A program made the translations under genes and the position numbers. The notes under the pieces were generated by a model, which had not been told where the DNA came from, ran no database searches, and worked only from the letters and a program-made list of their open reading frames with translations. DNA of 63,755 bases, filler included, from Sphaeroforma arctica JP610 (lineage: Eukaryota): the NCBI RefSeq assembly GCF_001186125.1. It is 5 parts of 3 records of this genome, joined end to end, with 100 filler letters (N's around TTAATTAATTAA, not from the genome) between each part and the next. Parts side by side here need not be neighbours in the genome. Positions count along the whole stretch, not along the records: positions 1 to 29,207 come from NW_014040550.1; 4 more parts are not named here. One strand, 5' to 3'. Of this stretch, positions 12,781 through 26,930 are shown piece by piece (position 1 is the first letter of the stretch; each line of letters begins with the position of its first letter).

Positions 12781-14794
12781 CTCGTAGTAGTCGATGAGAG
12801 TGTGAGTGAACCAGGTTTGGCAATCATATGATATATATACGTTGGTTGTATGTTTTCTGTGTTTTTTTTTCAGTTGGCTATGGTTTGTGATGATAGTTTG
12901 ATATACAAACCCTGAACCCTACAATAAAAATGAGGAAGGCATGATCTACTGATCACAGCCTAAAACAGTGCAAAACACTGCATGATACTTAGCAACTACG
13001 CACTCGCATTCCACAATAAGCATCAATTTAAAAATATACGTTTCAGAAGAAGAAAAAACGCGAGAAAGTTCACACCCAGTGTTGAATTGTTGGAAATACC
13101 GATGCTACGATAAGAGCATAAACGTTTCAAATTCAACGCCAAAATGGTTGATTTTATAAACGTTTTGTCAAGAAAAGAACTCCACCACCATCATCATCAA
13201 CATCATGATGAAATATAGAACAGCGCTAAAAGAGCTAAAAGATACAGACTCTGTTCTCTATTAGAGAGTGCTAATGAACTTTGATGGGATATAGCCTGCT
13301 GTTTACTCAGAAGACATGTTCTGGCGGATCATTACATATTTATGTATATATGTTTGGCTGCTATGTCCGAAAGGTACTGCCTCAACAACCTATCTGCTCT
13401 ACTGCTCTCTAACATACTTCCCCAGCTGATGTCTATGCCTGTGATGGATTTCACACTTTGTTTTCGGATTACTGACCAATTGATTTCACACATTGTGCTC
13501 GGAAGATTGACCTTATGAATATACAAGTATATACGAATATGTATGAAAAAAATATATTTATAGTCATAAGAAACGCAAGGTCCCCTCCCCTCCTTGTATC
13601 TCAATGCTGTATTGCTGGTGTGCAGTGTATGCGGATTGTAGTGCAATGTATTTATCACTGTTGAGTAGCATATACCGTTGTCGGTTGTCGGAGAAATCCC
13701 TGCGTTCAGTGACACCGCTGTTTTTCAAAACTCGTACCATGCTTACCCGCACCAATACTTCTCATAGTATAGTATACACATAACAACCCCATGCTGCTAA
13801 AGTAATTGGTCAAACTAGGGCCACCATGTCAATAAAGTTTCTGCCAATGCTTTATTTCGGCTCGTTACCTGATACTTCAGACTAAATGCAACACCTGAAT
13901 TGCTATCGCTCCTAATTTTGCTTATCCGCCGTTCTCGTGTACTGCAATCAGCGCAGTCATACTTTGCGCACGGCCATGCCGCCGCCAGGTTGCACTATGC
14001 CACTCGTGGAGCATACTAGAGTTGTGGTAAGCTTAAAGTAGAATAGACCCGTACTATGGCTATACTCCTAGCTTGGCTCATAGTATGGTTTGAAACAAAA
14101 GTTGAAGTGTGGCTGATGGGATAGCCATACTCGAGCGATACCGCTGCTACGCATCAGTCTAGCAGACGAAGAAGTGGATGAAAAGCCGCTCGAACCCTTA
14201 ATCCACAAATCTTAATAGCAGTACTATCGCTTCTCATACTACATTGTACATACGAGTACTTAACATTTGAATGCACACACCCAATCTTTCCCTAGACGAG
14301 GACTAAATTATCTGCAGAGCAATATATATTGTCACTTAGTAGCGCACCACCACCTGCAGGCTTCTGTTGTCGGAGGTGTGGCCCAACGCTCTCTAGAATA
14401 ATCACTAGTACCCCTCGTACTGTAGTATACGCAGGAGTCATTTGCCTGTGGTCCCAAATACTCGAAGCTATTTTATTCGTGGTGCAAGCACACTATGTTT
14501 GTGCCCCAACTTCTCAACCTGCCCATATTCAAGTGGTACAAGCGCACTTTGCTTATACGTTCAAATACTCGACCAAACCATACGTTGTGTGTTTTCTTTG
14601 CAGTGTGCATCATGCTGTAGACCTTTGGTACCACCAGCTGGCGCATGCTGCTGAAGGACTATCCATGCTCTGGTATACCTTTCGCATAAACTATATTCTA
14701 GCATCGCAAATTTGCTACATACTATCCGAGCCATATACTATAAGGTGGTAGTTTCCGAGTGCCTCCACACTCATACACAGCATACAACCGTACT

Positions 14795-17700
14795 TTATTT
14801 GTGCCTCCACACACTTAATCTATCCATGTACACGGGCCATACTGCGAGTCTTGCGCTGTGCACCATGTCGTAGTTCTTTTCTACCGCCTGCTGGCTCATA
14901 TTGCTGAAGGATTGTCCGTGTACTGGCATTCCGGTGGCATAGGCACCCAGAGTGGAGTCAGCCCATTCGCCTACAGTGAGGAGAAGCCGTCGTTTGGGAT
15001 CTTTGTTCACACACGACCAGCCTGCCATGCCCTTGCCTAGGAGTGTAGAGAGCACCACATGATGTGTTTGTATCGTGGAATGAGCTGATAGTCGGTTTTA
15101 GATATCTTCATGTATACGTGACTAAATCGAAAACAATAATACTATAGCGAATTGCCTGTTTGGGGACCTTGTCCACGCACTTTCAACTTGCCATGCCCTT
15201 TCCCAAGAGTGAAACGAGAAGCACAATACGTGTTTGTAACCCGAAAGGCTGATAATTTGTTGACAACACATGTGTGCATGTGAAACGAGAAGCACAATGC
15301 GTGTTTGTAACTCGAAAGGCTGATAATTTGTTGGCAACACATGTGTGCATGTGATGTTATGTAATACAATAAATAAAAGTCCAGAGGCAACTGTGATATA
15401 ACAAATTGGCTGAGATCGTCAGTAGCGCACGACCAGCTTGCCACGCCCATGCCTGACAGTAATAAACAGTGATACAGCATGTTTTTGGCATGAGAACTAT
15501 AGCCAAGAACAAATGCCCAGTAACCACCCGATACATGACTTGCTACACAGTTCTACGATATGAACCGTGCACTAATATGAGAACCAGGAAAGTTGATTCA
15601 TGGTTGGTTTCCACGCAAGTGGATGTACTCGAGGAATTCTACAAGCTGGCTACCAGACAACATGTGTAGTCCCTCATACCATTTGCGGAGTTACACCGCT
15701 TTGAGCGAAGGCACAACAGCAGTAAACAAACCAGTACATGAGATTCAACTCACTGGTTGGCACATGCTTCGTATGCATCTCGAGAACGTTTCCGGACAGA
15801 CTTGCAGCTTATAATATAATGATACGATAGAAACGAATACCACTCAAAGGGGAAAGCAAACGCTGCCAGGACTGCAAAGCAATGAGTGTATGTAACGAGA
15901 TACAAGAAGCACACAGAGTGTGTGCATTGCGACGTTGACCAATACTCATGCAACTAGTTGCAACTGGAAATATACCACTCTCATGGCAAAGCGGAAACCT
16001 ATCAAATAAAAAAAACCACTAACTACCTAACACTCAACTCTGATAATTCACAAGTATGTCTCAGCGACGGCGTTACAACACGCACGGAATTAGTAAGGCA
16101 AAACTGTACCTGCATCATCAGGATTGACAAGCAGCAACGCGTGCTTCGGGTAGGTTGCCAATTCGTTGAGGGTTTCCACTGTGACTATTGGGATGTCCTT
16201 CAGGGCAAGCTGGGTGGACCACACATGACATTTAGCGGCCCCTGTGTTCATGAAGAAATGAGCCAATTGTAAGCAAGTAGTTAAGGCACCATTAACCTGA
16301 ACCAAGACATAACCCGTTGTCGAATCTCGTATTACTTCCAGTGCACTTCTGAGCTCAAAGCGCCTTATGTATACACTAATATTGCACCACGTTATACAAT
16401 CAGATTAGTGGCACATCACGCGAACTAGCGTAGCGTCAAGTTGCTATGCAGACTAGATATGCATGTCATCCGTGTACACAGCCTCAACAACCATCGCGAT
16501 GTGCGCCCTTGATGTCGAGCTGAACAAGAGGCTCCTTACAAATGGGGTTTGTCGGCATGGGAAGATACATATGATGAGGAAAGGCGAGTTGCTTGCATTT
16601 ATAAACCATCACTTACCTACAGCGACCACGCCGTCGCATTCATCGTCGTCTCTGACGAGGTTGACTACGGTATCAAGGGCGCTACCGGTAGGTATGATGA
16701 GCCCTTGAGAGCGCAGATTGTACATCTCCATCTGCGATAGTAGTTCAGGATATAAGAGAGCGGTATACATCTCACACAGGCAATAAGGTCCCGAGACCTA
16801 GTCCACTGACTGCCCGGATAAAAAAGCGAGATATCGAAGAAGCTGCCCAGAAAAATCAAACAGACTAATGAAGCCACCCATCAGAATCGCAGTAACCAAA
16901 CAGCCGCTCGAGTGGTGCGGGTGTGCAAAAGGCAGGCAGGTCAAAGCATACTATTCCCTCAAGCAAATCATCAACTAGTATCGGTTGTATACATCGAACA
17001 CTGCGACGTGTATTGACTCACCCTCATGGTGTTCATGTCGGAGAGCGACACGGTTGCAGTGGTTATCAGCTGAGCCAACAGATACGATGACCACAGGCGC
17101 ATCTTCTCTATGTATATGTCCGCCTCAGGACATTCCGTGAGTATCAAATCCGTGGGCCTGGTGGCATAAACGTATGAATGCGGTAAGTTCTGTGGTCGCA
17201 AACTACAATATGTGAAGCGTGATGACCCTCCATTACATGACTGTAACCGGATTCGGTTATCTTCTAGGAACAGTAAGTGAAGTTATTGCATCGTTAGATC
17301 CCTCTGTTACCCACAAGCAGGCAGTTCATTCGGACAAGCTATAATTTTACAATGTGCACCAGCCCGTCTGAACGCCCAGAATATTACAATGAAAAGGTGT
17401 GACCAAAACTCATGCGCGCACCTGAAAACTATATTTTCAACAATATACAGATATATACGTCTTTGTATATATAATACATCTACAGTCCCTGCAAACATGA
17501 ATGAGACCTCAATCATTTCCAGCAAATAAAGTGGGAGGGCAGGCGCCTTCAGCAGTACAACCAACCGACCGCGAGTGTGTGTGACCGGATCATATGCACA
17601 TATATGAAAATTGCATTTATTATACTGATACCAAGATACACAAACATGTACATACTTCGTGCTCACCTACAAAGCACACAATATACCTGAGACCTCTATC

Positions 17701-17844
17701 ACATCCAGCAGAAACCTTGGAGGGGCAGGCGTCTTCCAATAGCACTACCGACCGTGCGAGTGGGTGTGACCACAGCTCGTGTACAAACATGAATATCAGA
17801 TGAGCCGTCTGCACATGCAGAGCATCACTGACACTCGCCGACAT
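14795..17844 (-). CDS. Highly divergent iron-containing alcohol dehydrogenase (Fe-ADH/YqhD-like) fold protein, possibly a pseudogene; 3' exons unresolved
   Basis: Phase-compatible exons 17844-17687, 17202-17022, ~16731-16621, 16296-16110 and 15807-. They give ..LDTVVNLVRDDDECDGVVA|VNGALTTCLQLAHFFMNTG..LKDIPIVTVET.. and a later exon ..DPKRRLLL..KNYDMVHSARLAVWPVYM. These align by eye to Fe-ADH D-x-vvavGGGS, lPiiaiPTT and ydi-x-HgagLAi-x-P. Confidence 0.4.
15204..15353. repeat. 2 x ~71-bp tandem repeat
   Basis: gtgaaacgagaagcacaat.cgtgtttgtaac.cgaaaggctgataatttgttg.caacacatgtgtgcatgtga occurs twice. Confidence 0.9.
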
Positions 17845-18684
17845 TAGCGTCTGTAAGCTGAGCGGGGGCCGTGGGGGTGAGGGCGTTTGAGAAGTGGATA
17901 AGAAATAGATTCCTGATATGAAAAAGTCGTATCAATTAACCTTCTGTCATCAGATAGAAGGTATATAATAGTTTTCTGTAATCAGATAATGGGCACGGAT
18001 CAGTTCCCTGTAAATAAAGTGTGGGTGCGAATTTGGTGTATTTAATAAATAAATAAATAAAAGTGTGAACAACATCGGTTGGCGCATACGATTCTGTTAG
18101 TTCTGTGGATCAAGGCCCGCTCCGGCACATTCAAGAACTAAAGCTCGGTATATCGCTAAATTCTCCACGCTTGGAATGGCCCTCTAGTACCATGCTAAGT
18201 AGCATTAATATCTCCTTGGAAACGTCACGTCGTAATGGTTATCACACAACATTCAGAACTTTAAACCACCCTTTAAAAAGCATGGAATGACCCTCTAGTA
18301 GTACTTGATAAGACTGATATTTCCAACAAAAAAAATTCACACAACCTTCGCATGAACATTTCGCACACATGGTCCGCGCTTCATTTGTATATCATAGGAT
18401 GCACACAAGTAGGACATATGTATACGTATGCTCACATGCATATTCGGACCTATCTGCGTTAAAAAAAGCCCAGAATAACACGACTTACACATTCACAGTT
18501 GCTTCCTGATTTGCATCCATCTGCGGTTGATTGGCTAGGAGAGTGTGAACATAAGGTGAGCCCTTCGCCATACAGCCATCGCAACCACATCGATTGATCT
18601 GATCCATATTTGATACTTGCCTGTTCCAGTGCTGGACACAAAAAAGCACAGCTATTTAGATCGACAGTATATTTACATGGCTTA

Positions 18685-18718
<34 letters not shown>

Positions 18719-18920
18719 ATATTACGTATATATATATATAATATATATATATATGTATATATATATACAGTACATATATATATATATATTTATAAACATA
18801 TATATATATGATATTATAATATTATATATATATATATATAAATATATACATAAATACATAAATACATAAATATATATATGCATATATATATATATATATA
18901 AACATATATATATATATATC
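18685..18920. repeat. (AT)n-rich microsatellite
   Basis: Directly visible. Confidence 0.95.
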
Positions 18921-18934
18921 AAATAGCACTGCTT

Positions 18935-21900
18935 TTATACAAATCTCCAACTCGAGTGTGCCTAAAAAGTGAGAACAAACTATCTACCACTGTGTGAATC
19001 ATACTTTCGTTAACATATAAGTAATAATACCAAAGCAAAATCTACAACGTGTCTTTCCTCATGTACAACAAGCAACACACCTTCATCAGCCTCTCTTCAC
19101 ATAGTTGAACCCCGTTCTGCAGAATCTTTCTCTCAGACTGTTTCACCGCCAGTGTGTGCGCTCGTCTCCTTTGTGTGGTGTCTGATGTGTTCTTGTCCTC
19201 CGTTTGCGGCATGTCGAGCGCACTGATCATATCCGTGTACGTCTTGTGCAACGTAATGTAGGCAAGGATGTCATTACCATCCGCAAGAGATTGATCTGCC
19301 TGCAGAGTTGCGTCGGACAATTCATAAAAGTTACTGAATAGTATAATGGAGCAAATGACCTTGCCAGCAGGTCTAGCGTGTGAAGATTACCTATTGAGTG
19401 TAAGCCTGGAGCTGTACATTTCATCTATCCCACAATCAGACCAACTATAACAAACACCACTACCACATGACAAATACATGACNNNNNNNNNNNNNNNNNN
19501 NNNNNNNNNNNNNNNNNNNNNNNNNNNNNNNNNNNNNNNNNNNNNNNNNNNNNNNNNNNNNNNNNNNNNNNNNNNNNNNNNNNNNNNNNNNNNNNNNNNN
19601 NNNNNNNNNNNNNNNNNNNNNNNNNNNNNNNNNNNNNNNNNNNNNNNNNNNNNNNNNNNNNNNNNNNNNNNNNNNNNNNNNNNNNNNNNNNNNNNNNNNN
19701 NNNNNNNNNNNNNNNNNNNNNNNNNNNNNNNNNNNNNNNNNNNNNNNNNNNNNNNNNNNNNNNNNNNNNNNNNNNNNNNNNNNNNNNNNNNNNNNNNNNN
19801 NNNNNNNNNNNNNNNNNNNNNNNNNNNNNNNNNNNNNNNNNNNNNNNNNNNNNNNNNNNNNNNNNNNNATTCAGCCGCACATACCTCTAACTTGGCTAAC
19901 AATCCACGTTGACCATCTTGCTCCAAGATAGAAGCCAATTGCGCAGGCGTGAGTCTTTCAATCTTAACCATATTCAGTAGGGCATCAGGAAGGGGTATCT
20001 GGGCCGATAAGAGGTGCTTTGCACAGAAATCACCTCCAGTCTCCTATTCATTACATAGCAAATACAGATTGTGAGAATTTCACAAATCATTCATTGAATA
20101 TGGAAATTATGTCTAATACAAGCCAGAGTACCACTCGGAAAGAAAATGTTTTTCGCCTCGTGACTGTGTACGAGAGCCCGTGCATGTCTGTGAGCGATAT
20201 ATACTACTGTCAGTTAGCATGATCCGGTCGTTTGTCGACCCGGCGTGTGTAGTGGTGAAGAATGAACTACGACTTCGCGGAAATACAAAACAGGCGCGTG
20301 AGAAGGATTGACGACTCAGAGCTATAAAAAGCTGAGATCAATTTGAAGATGCGTAAATTTTGTATATGATAGCAAGAAACAGTGGTGCAGTGCACGTATG
20401 CATATGGCCACTGTGACAGGTCCATGGATACACAAGCTGGATACAGTTTATAATGGGATTTTGTATTAAAACCATTGCACAGTCATTGTGGATTAGCGAG
20501 GTCTGAAAATGGCAGAACTACACATCGATATAGCATGTGTTTAAATACGAACTTCGCGCAAAACTAGAACAACTTGACAGTACACGTATTATACCCTGAA
20601 CCTACATATGATCTATTCGGACGAACTATATAGATACACAGCCGACAAATGCTCTCCATGAACAGCGACCGCAAATTTACATGTATGTTGCTATATCGTT
20701 CGCAATCTGAACTAGTTTGCACTCGAGTACAGAAGCATACATCGGGGACGGTAATGTATTCGAATTGAGCCAAACGGGGATCCTCCCTCTTATCGGTGAT
20801 GTCCGGCGCACACAACATCAGCGCAGCTGATTTGTTCTCACTCAAACTAGGTACATAGAGGGACAAGGAAGGCTATTCGATGAATGGCGTCACACTATAA
20901 TAGATTAATTGTTATCCCTCGAAACTATCGACGTGAAGAGACTCGTCAAGGCTAGTTGTTAAATGGTGTGCACATTGAGACGAACTTTTATCGGTCAAAA
21001 AAAAATACACAGGGGCACACGAAAAATATTCAATAAAAAAAAATGATGTGTACACGAAATGAATTGTTATAAAGTCCCGTCAAGGCTATTCGATGAAGGG
21101 TGTGCACGATCAATTTAAATAAAACTCATCCATTTTTAAAGTACACAAAGTGATACACGAGCCGCTTTGGCAAATGATGTGCATATTCACAATGAGAGAC
21201 AGGGAGAGTGAATGTTGCGCTCTGTGGTAGGTTGGTATGGCTACAACTACACGCCATCGAATAAGTGAGAATCAGTGAGAATCAGTGGAAACTTTGGGTC
21301 CTATTATGACAATAAGGTAAACAGCTAAGCAGACCTTGGCTCGGCAAATGCAATACGATATATATTTCCGCATACTAAATATTACGAATCCTGTACTATA
21401 GCATCCGCTGTCCCAAGTCTACATACTTCGATATATTCAAGTAGAAAGGCAAACTGTTGTATTCATTGTCCTCCAATGTAAATCCATGCGTCAGCAGTAG
21501 AATGCCATTCGGCAGATCGCCGTAGGAGATAAAAGCTTGTTCTCCTGTGAATGGATATGCGGTATCGCGGTTTGAATGGTTCTGAAGCTCCAATGGTATA
21601 GGAATGATAAATTCACTGCGCAAATAGAATGTGACGTATTTGAAAAGTTAAGGACTCAAATACTTGTTAGATACAATCATCCATGTGCGTGTTCCTGTAT
21701 GGAGACTGTTCTAAGCACGCAAGAATAGCAACCACGCGGCCTTATATTACCTTCTTTGTAGTCCTTGGTAGCCCTGACCACCACATTTTCGCCTTCGATC
21801 TTGAAGCAATCGCCAGAAGGAACATCGGGTGAGTGATTGAACAGGTCAAACCATGGAGCCAGTATCTCTATGCGTTCACCATCGGGTTTGGTCATTTCGG

Positions 21901-23646
21901 CCATTCGTGACCAAAGAACAGAACGAGCCCAGAGATACGCATCCAAATCAATAGTGTACGCTTTGAGAATCTTTTCCACTTGTGGAATGGCACTTAGCTC
22001 CTCAAATTGCTGGTAGCAGGAGAGAGTTGGGAGGGATGTTCAGAATATTAGTGAGAAACAGCCTGTTCATACCAATTGTTGCACACAAAGCTGGCAAACA
22101 AGATTGCTATGTCCGAGAAGCTATCAGGTTTGCAATCGGGTGATTAAACTATGAGGAATGTCATGCTACCGACAGTATTCCTATCGCAAGAACGTGGACT
22201 TCAATCAACTAGCATGCATAACTGGTAAAGACGCGCTAGGACGCATACTCTAAAATCCGCACGAATCATAGTGTCTAAGCTGGACATGAACGCGTGTGCG
22301 TTCAGACGTATGTTGCGATTTGGAACAGGGGAGTACATGAACAGGGTAAATGACCATCCATATGATACCATACAAGCATATATCAGGTGATGTATGTAGT
22401 GTTACCTTGCAGGTATCTGCTCGAACCGATATGCTGATATCATGCCATGGTGAACCCTCCAAGGTAGCCAGCTCATCCTTGTCCCAGAAGATTGGCAAAT
22501 CAAAATCTTTGGGTAGGCAGCTGATGTGCGCGGCTCTGGAGGAATCCCCACCTTTGTTTCGCTCGACTGTGAGTTATTGTAAAGCGCAAGCCAATAATGT
22601 GGAGATGTAATTATTTATCCAGGCATATCTCCTTCTCCAGTAGGACGAACACCTAGTACCTCCACAAGTACCCCGATCGTAAAGTTCTTACATTGTCGTA
22701 ATAGCAGTTTATAGACATAAATATAATTTGTACTCGTTGCAGGGGAAGATCTTATACCGTTTACACCCCTGATATTCTTGAAACTTCGTGTATGTTATGT
22801 TTACAAATAGTAGGAATGCAATTTGTTCTCATCACATAAACATCACTTCGACATCATCTATTGACATTCCATTCACATAGCGCAGCAGCGAAATTGCCTG
22901 CACACGAATCCTCAGTTTTGCGTATATTGTGCATCCAATAGTGCACTTTATATATATCGTGGTATGCACTATAGTCTAGATATTGAGCGTTTGTAAGGCA
23001 CACACTATTGTTAACGCTCGAGTATATACTCGATTCCAATCACGCATGTACAAGTTGTTTTTTAGGGAAAACATCTGCATGCCTAGTCCACCCACATATA
23101 GTTCGAATTGGTATCGTGTCTCACAGACTCTAATCCAATGGTAAGACACGCAGCATGCAGTACAATTTTCTAATACAATCGATGCTCTATGATACTATAA
23201 TGAAACTCGCATGCGAACTAGTGATTTGAAATTTTCGACGACCACCGTATCGATTGCACTGCAAGCTCAATACAGCAACGAAAACAACGAGGACGCAAAT
23301 CGTAGGCAGAGTGATGTCTTAAGGCTATGTGGCATTTGATACAACAACAACAACAGGTTGACGAACTATAGAACTCGGTTTTCTATCAGGGAAGCTGTAG
23401 ATAGTATATAAGAAATATAATCTGCATCAATGACAATTGGCCATAGACAATACCACAAGCTACCTACCTAACAATCCTTTTTATAAAGGCCCTGGCATAA
23501 ACTACATGGGCCTTCATACCAATCATCACAGAAAACAGCTGTGTATGACAGTGGAATGACTATGAACAGAATATATATATATATATAGTATATGTATATA
23601 TACATACNNNNNNNNNNNNNNNNNNNNCATATATATAATAAACAGA

Positions 23647-23677
<31 letters not shown>

Positions 23678-24126
23678 CCAAGACGTTCCCTAAATAAAGA
23701 ACGTTTGGAGGATAACTACACCTCCAAAGAACCACGTCACCCTTACATATCAAAATCATGATTCTGACAAATATCGCATTGTAAGTTCGAATGGAATCTT
23801 ATACTGTCTAAAGTGCATCGTTGCTGAACGCTTCAAATGTGAGCATATCGAATCAATATACATAATTTGCGGTATAGTGAATCACAGATCAACATTGAAC
23901 ACATACCCAACAAATGCAAGGAGACTAGACTCTGGTTGCTCAGCTGTGCATCGGAGAGATGCTTCAATTCCTCTGAAGCCTTTGCTGCCGCCACAGTCCA
24001 GCACTTGCTGACAGGCACACTCAGCAACACTTCACCTGCAATCACATCCCTCTCCGTCGCCAGTCCTCTGCCCGTTGTGGTAAAGTCACGTTCAACAACA
24101 CACTTCTCAGTACACTCCACATCCAT
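18935..24126 (-). CDS. SET-domain protein methyltransferase, Rubisco-LSMT/SETD3/SETD6-type
   Basis: Exons encode GRGLATERDVIAGEVLLSVP, CLPKDFDLPIFWDKDELATLEGS, YLWARSVLWSR, LAPWFDLFNHSP and GEQAFISYGDLPNGILLLTHGF. C-terminal AVKQSERKILQ resembles the LSMT substrate-binding domain. ATG 24126 has no upstream acceptor nearby. An assembly gap lies at 19483-19868. The terminal exon (AHSSWRFV*, stop 18935) is tentative. Confidence 0.88.
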
Positions 24127-25616
24127 TGTGAGAATATGTTAACACATATGTATTCTGGCTACTAGCTGCACGCGTGGTGCTGTGTAATATCGCCACACGA
24201 TAGTTGTGATACATTTTCAGAAATCGAAGAAACCGCCAAATTTTCATATGACTAAATATGAATGTATGTTCGTTTGCCTGCATGTATGTTGATCTATTTT
24301 TAGAATATTTTAAACCGCCAAATTCCAATATGACTAAATATGTAAAAGTATTTATATGGTTGTACGTATTTTTTATATAAACATATGACTGTATGACTGT
24401 ATTTATAAATGTCTAACTGTATGTCTGATTGTATGTCTGACCGTACATATAACTGTATGCATGAATGTATGTAGGACTGAATGTATCTATGACTGTATTC
24501 ATGTATGACTATGCATGAAATGACAAAGTACTTCTTGTGCTGAACATTTGACAGCAAAAGGATTAGAACAGCTCCAGAAGCTCTTCCACTTTTTACCCCT
24601 GATTCCGGTACCAGTGGTGTATCTGAAGTAAATAATATGATTCAGATTGCAGATAGCTTCTTGCTTTTTAGTCTTTAGTGGTTTGTAATTGTAGCGACTG
24701 TAGGTATATAGTGTGGCTACAGTCTATACAGTTTTGTTCAGTGGGTAAAATTCATTTCTAGTCCCACTGTTGAACCATGGACACAGTGTCGTCGGATGTG
24801 CAGCCCGAAACCATGTAAAGAATTTTGCTCACTCTAAATCGGATTTGATAAAAACATATACGTCAAACGCATATTCGATCCAGTAATAAATAAAATGAGA
24901 AGATTTATAGGGTTCTTCCTTTTCGGAATAATCTACACAATGACCCTGAATGATCCTAACAATACGTCAAGTGGAGAGCTACGAGTGACCGCAACCGAGT
25001 ACTACAAAGCTAACGCCTTTGGAAACTGACTCTAGGTGTAATTTCTGCAGCACTTGGCAATGGTGGTGTCTCGCCCGTCCAGAGTTTAATAGTCTTCCCC
25101 CCCGCACACCTCTCTTTGCCATCAAGTCGATCGCAGAAATCTGTCTCGACAAGCTAACATTAGCACGTACGGCGTAAACCAAAGATAGCGGGCAGTGCCA
25201 GTCTACTCAGATGTGCTAGTCATGGTCTGATGTTAACAATAAAAAACCCTTTGAAGGAGTATTGCTGCAAGTTAAAAGCCAAACTTAGAAATCCCAAAAT
25301 ACAAGACATCAAAATATATGCATTCGAAGTACATGTGCCCAGGTCTTGTACTCGAACCTGAGAGGTTTGAGCTTATGCACGGCTCGATAACAGAATAAGA
25401 ATATGAAAGTTGTTTGTTTATATCAAGAAGCCCGACCGAAGTCACAATGGACTATTGAACCAGAGAGTTGTCATTTCAGTTGCATATCAAAGAGACTCCT
25501 TCGTGGGTACGATGGGAGTACTTTTCTGTTCAGTAACAAATAGCGAGTAATAGGATTGCAACGTCAGTCCAGCATGCTCGTCATGGTAGCAATATATAAA
25601 TTTTCGCACGCACAGT

Positions 25617-25791
25617 GCATTTCACATTGCACACTTGGAACAAACAATACAAGTGGGCTCTGCTGCCAACTTCATTTCACATGCCACACTTGGAACATTA
25701 ATACAATACAAATGGGCTCTGCTGCCAACTTCATTTCACATTCCACACTGGGAACATTAATACAATACAAATGGGCTCCGCTACCAACTTC
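25617..25791. repeat. ~56-58-bp tandem repeat x3
   Basis: catttcacat..cacact.ggaaca..aatacaa.tgggctc.gct.ccaactt units. Confidence 0.9.
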
Positions 25792-26863
25792 GTATGTTCT
25801 CCTTTTTTTGTTTTTTTTAAATTTCTTCAAAAAACAAAAGGTGTTTTGTTTTTGGCTTTTTAATATTTTTATTAAAAAACATGAAAAGTAAGAAAAGTAA
25901 AGCCACACGCAAAGAAAAATGATGACTCTTCGTGTCATCATTATCATTCGCTGGAAGGAATTGCAGAAAGCCACAAATATTAAATAAAGAAAAATGGAAC
26001 AAATGATGTGTGTGGCCGTGTGTCGTCGCCGCGAAGGTGTGCATAGCCTTCTAAAATACACACGGTGTGGGTATAAATAATACGTATTTATGTGCTATCT
26101 GCATCTGATGTCTTAAGTCTTAACGCTGTGCAACACCTGCGATCAGTCGGTAACACATACATATCAAAATACAAAAAGAAGCAAAGTCAGCCTTTAAACT
26201 CCAACCATCCGTATCGATATTTATGCTTTGTAGTTTTAGAGTCAGCTCCAGGTAAACGCGAGATCAGTAAGTGAAGCAGTTTGTACGTTTGCTTATAGTC
26301 CGTATCGACCAGGTGCGTGTAGTCACTCCGTCAGCAAGTATGTAGTCTTAAACTGTGTGCAAGTACCCGATACTCTTGATCTATTTTTAGCGCTTACTGT
26401 TGTCTGCTGGATATGTGGTCGATTTCCCCAAACACTCCGTCACTGAAAATATTGGTGGCGGTACGTATGAGCATGCAGCATGGTAAAGATGAGTGCACGT
26501 ATAGTCAATTGCTACATAACTTCGAAAATGTTTTCAAATCAATTGACCTGGTGTACTCCGCAACCAGTTGTCGATATAAATAAATTCATACCCCTAGTGA
26601 TACGTTGACATATATGTGCATCTGTACACATATGTGTAGTTCTGTGTTTTCGTGACCCGTTGACAAGTAATTTACGTTATGTATGCTAAACAAGCATGCT
26701 CATAGCAAAATGTCTAGTTTCGTACACATCGTGGTTATGCTCGTATAAAGATTGTGATAGTTCGTTGTTCATATTTCGGAAAGCTGTTCTATATTTTGAA
26801 ATCGTACATAATAGTGTCCCGTCGAATATACAAACTTACCAATGGCTACCGTGCCACAGGTGT

Positions 26864-26930
<67 letters not shown>

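Noticed and set aside
16440..16535. Exon giving VVAVGASCS (resembling a class C GPCR / iGluR N-terminal domain)
   Set aside because: The frame leads nowhere. The alternative donor at 16620 joins in phase to the 16296 exon and gives a better Fe-ADH-like alignment.
24979..25182. Upstream exon(s) for the SET gene
   Set aside because: There is no AG acceptor just before ATG 24126 and no recognisable similarity, so ATG 24126 is the simpler start.
25329..25392. tRNA-like B-box on the minus strand (caggttcgagtac)
   Set aside because: No D-arm, anticodon stem or acceptor stem can be formed.
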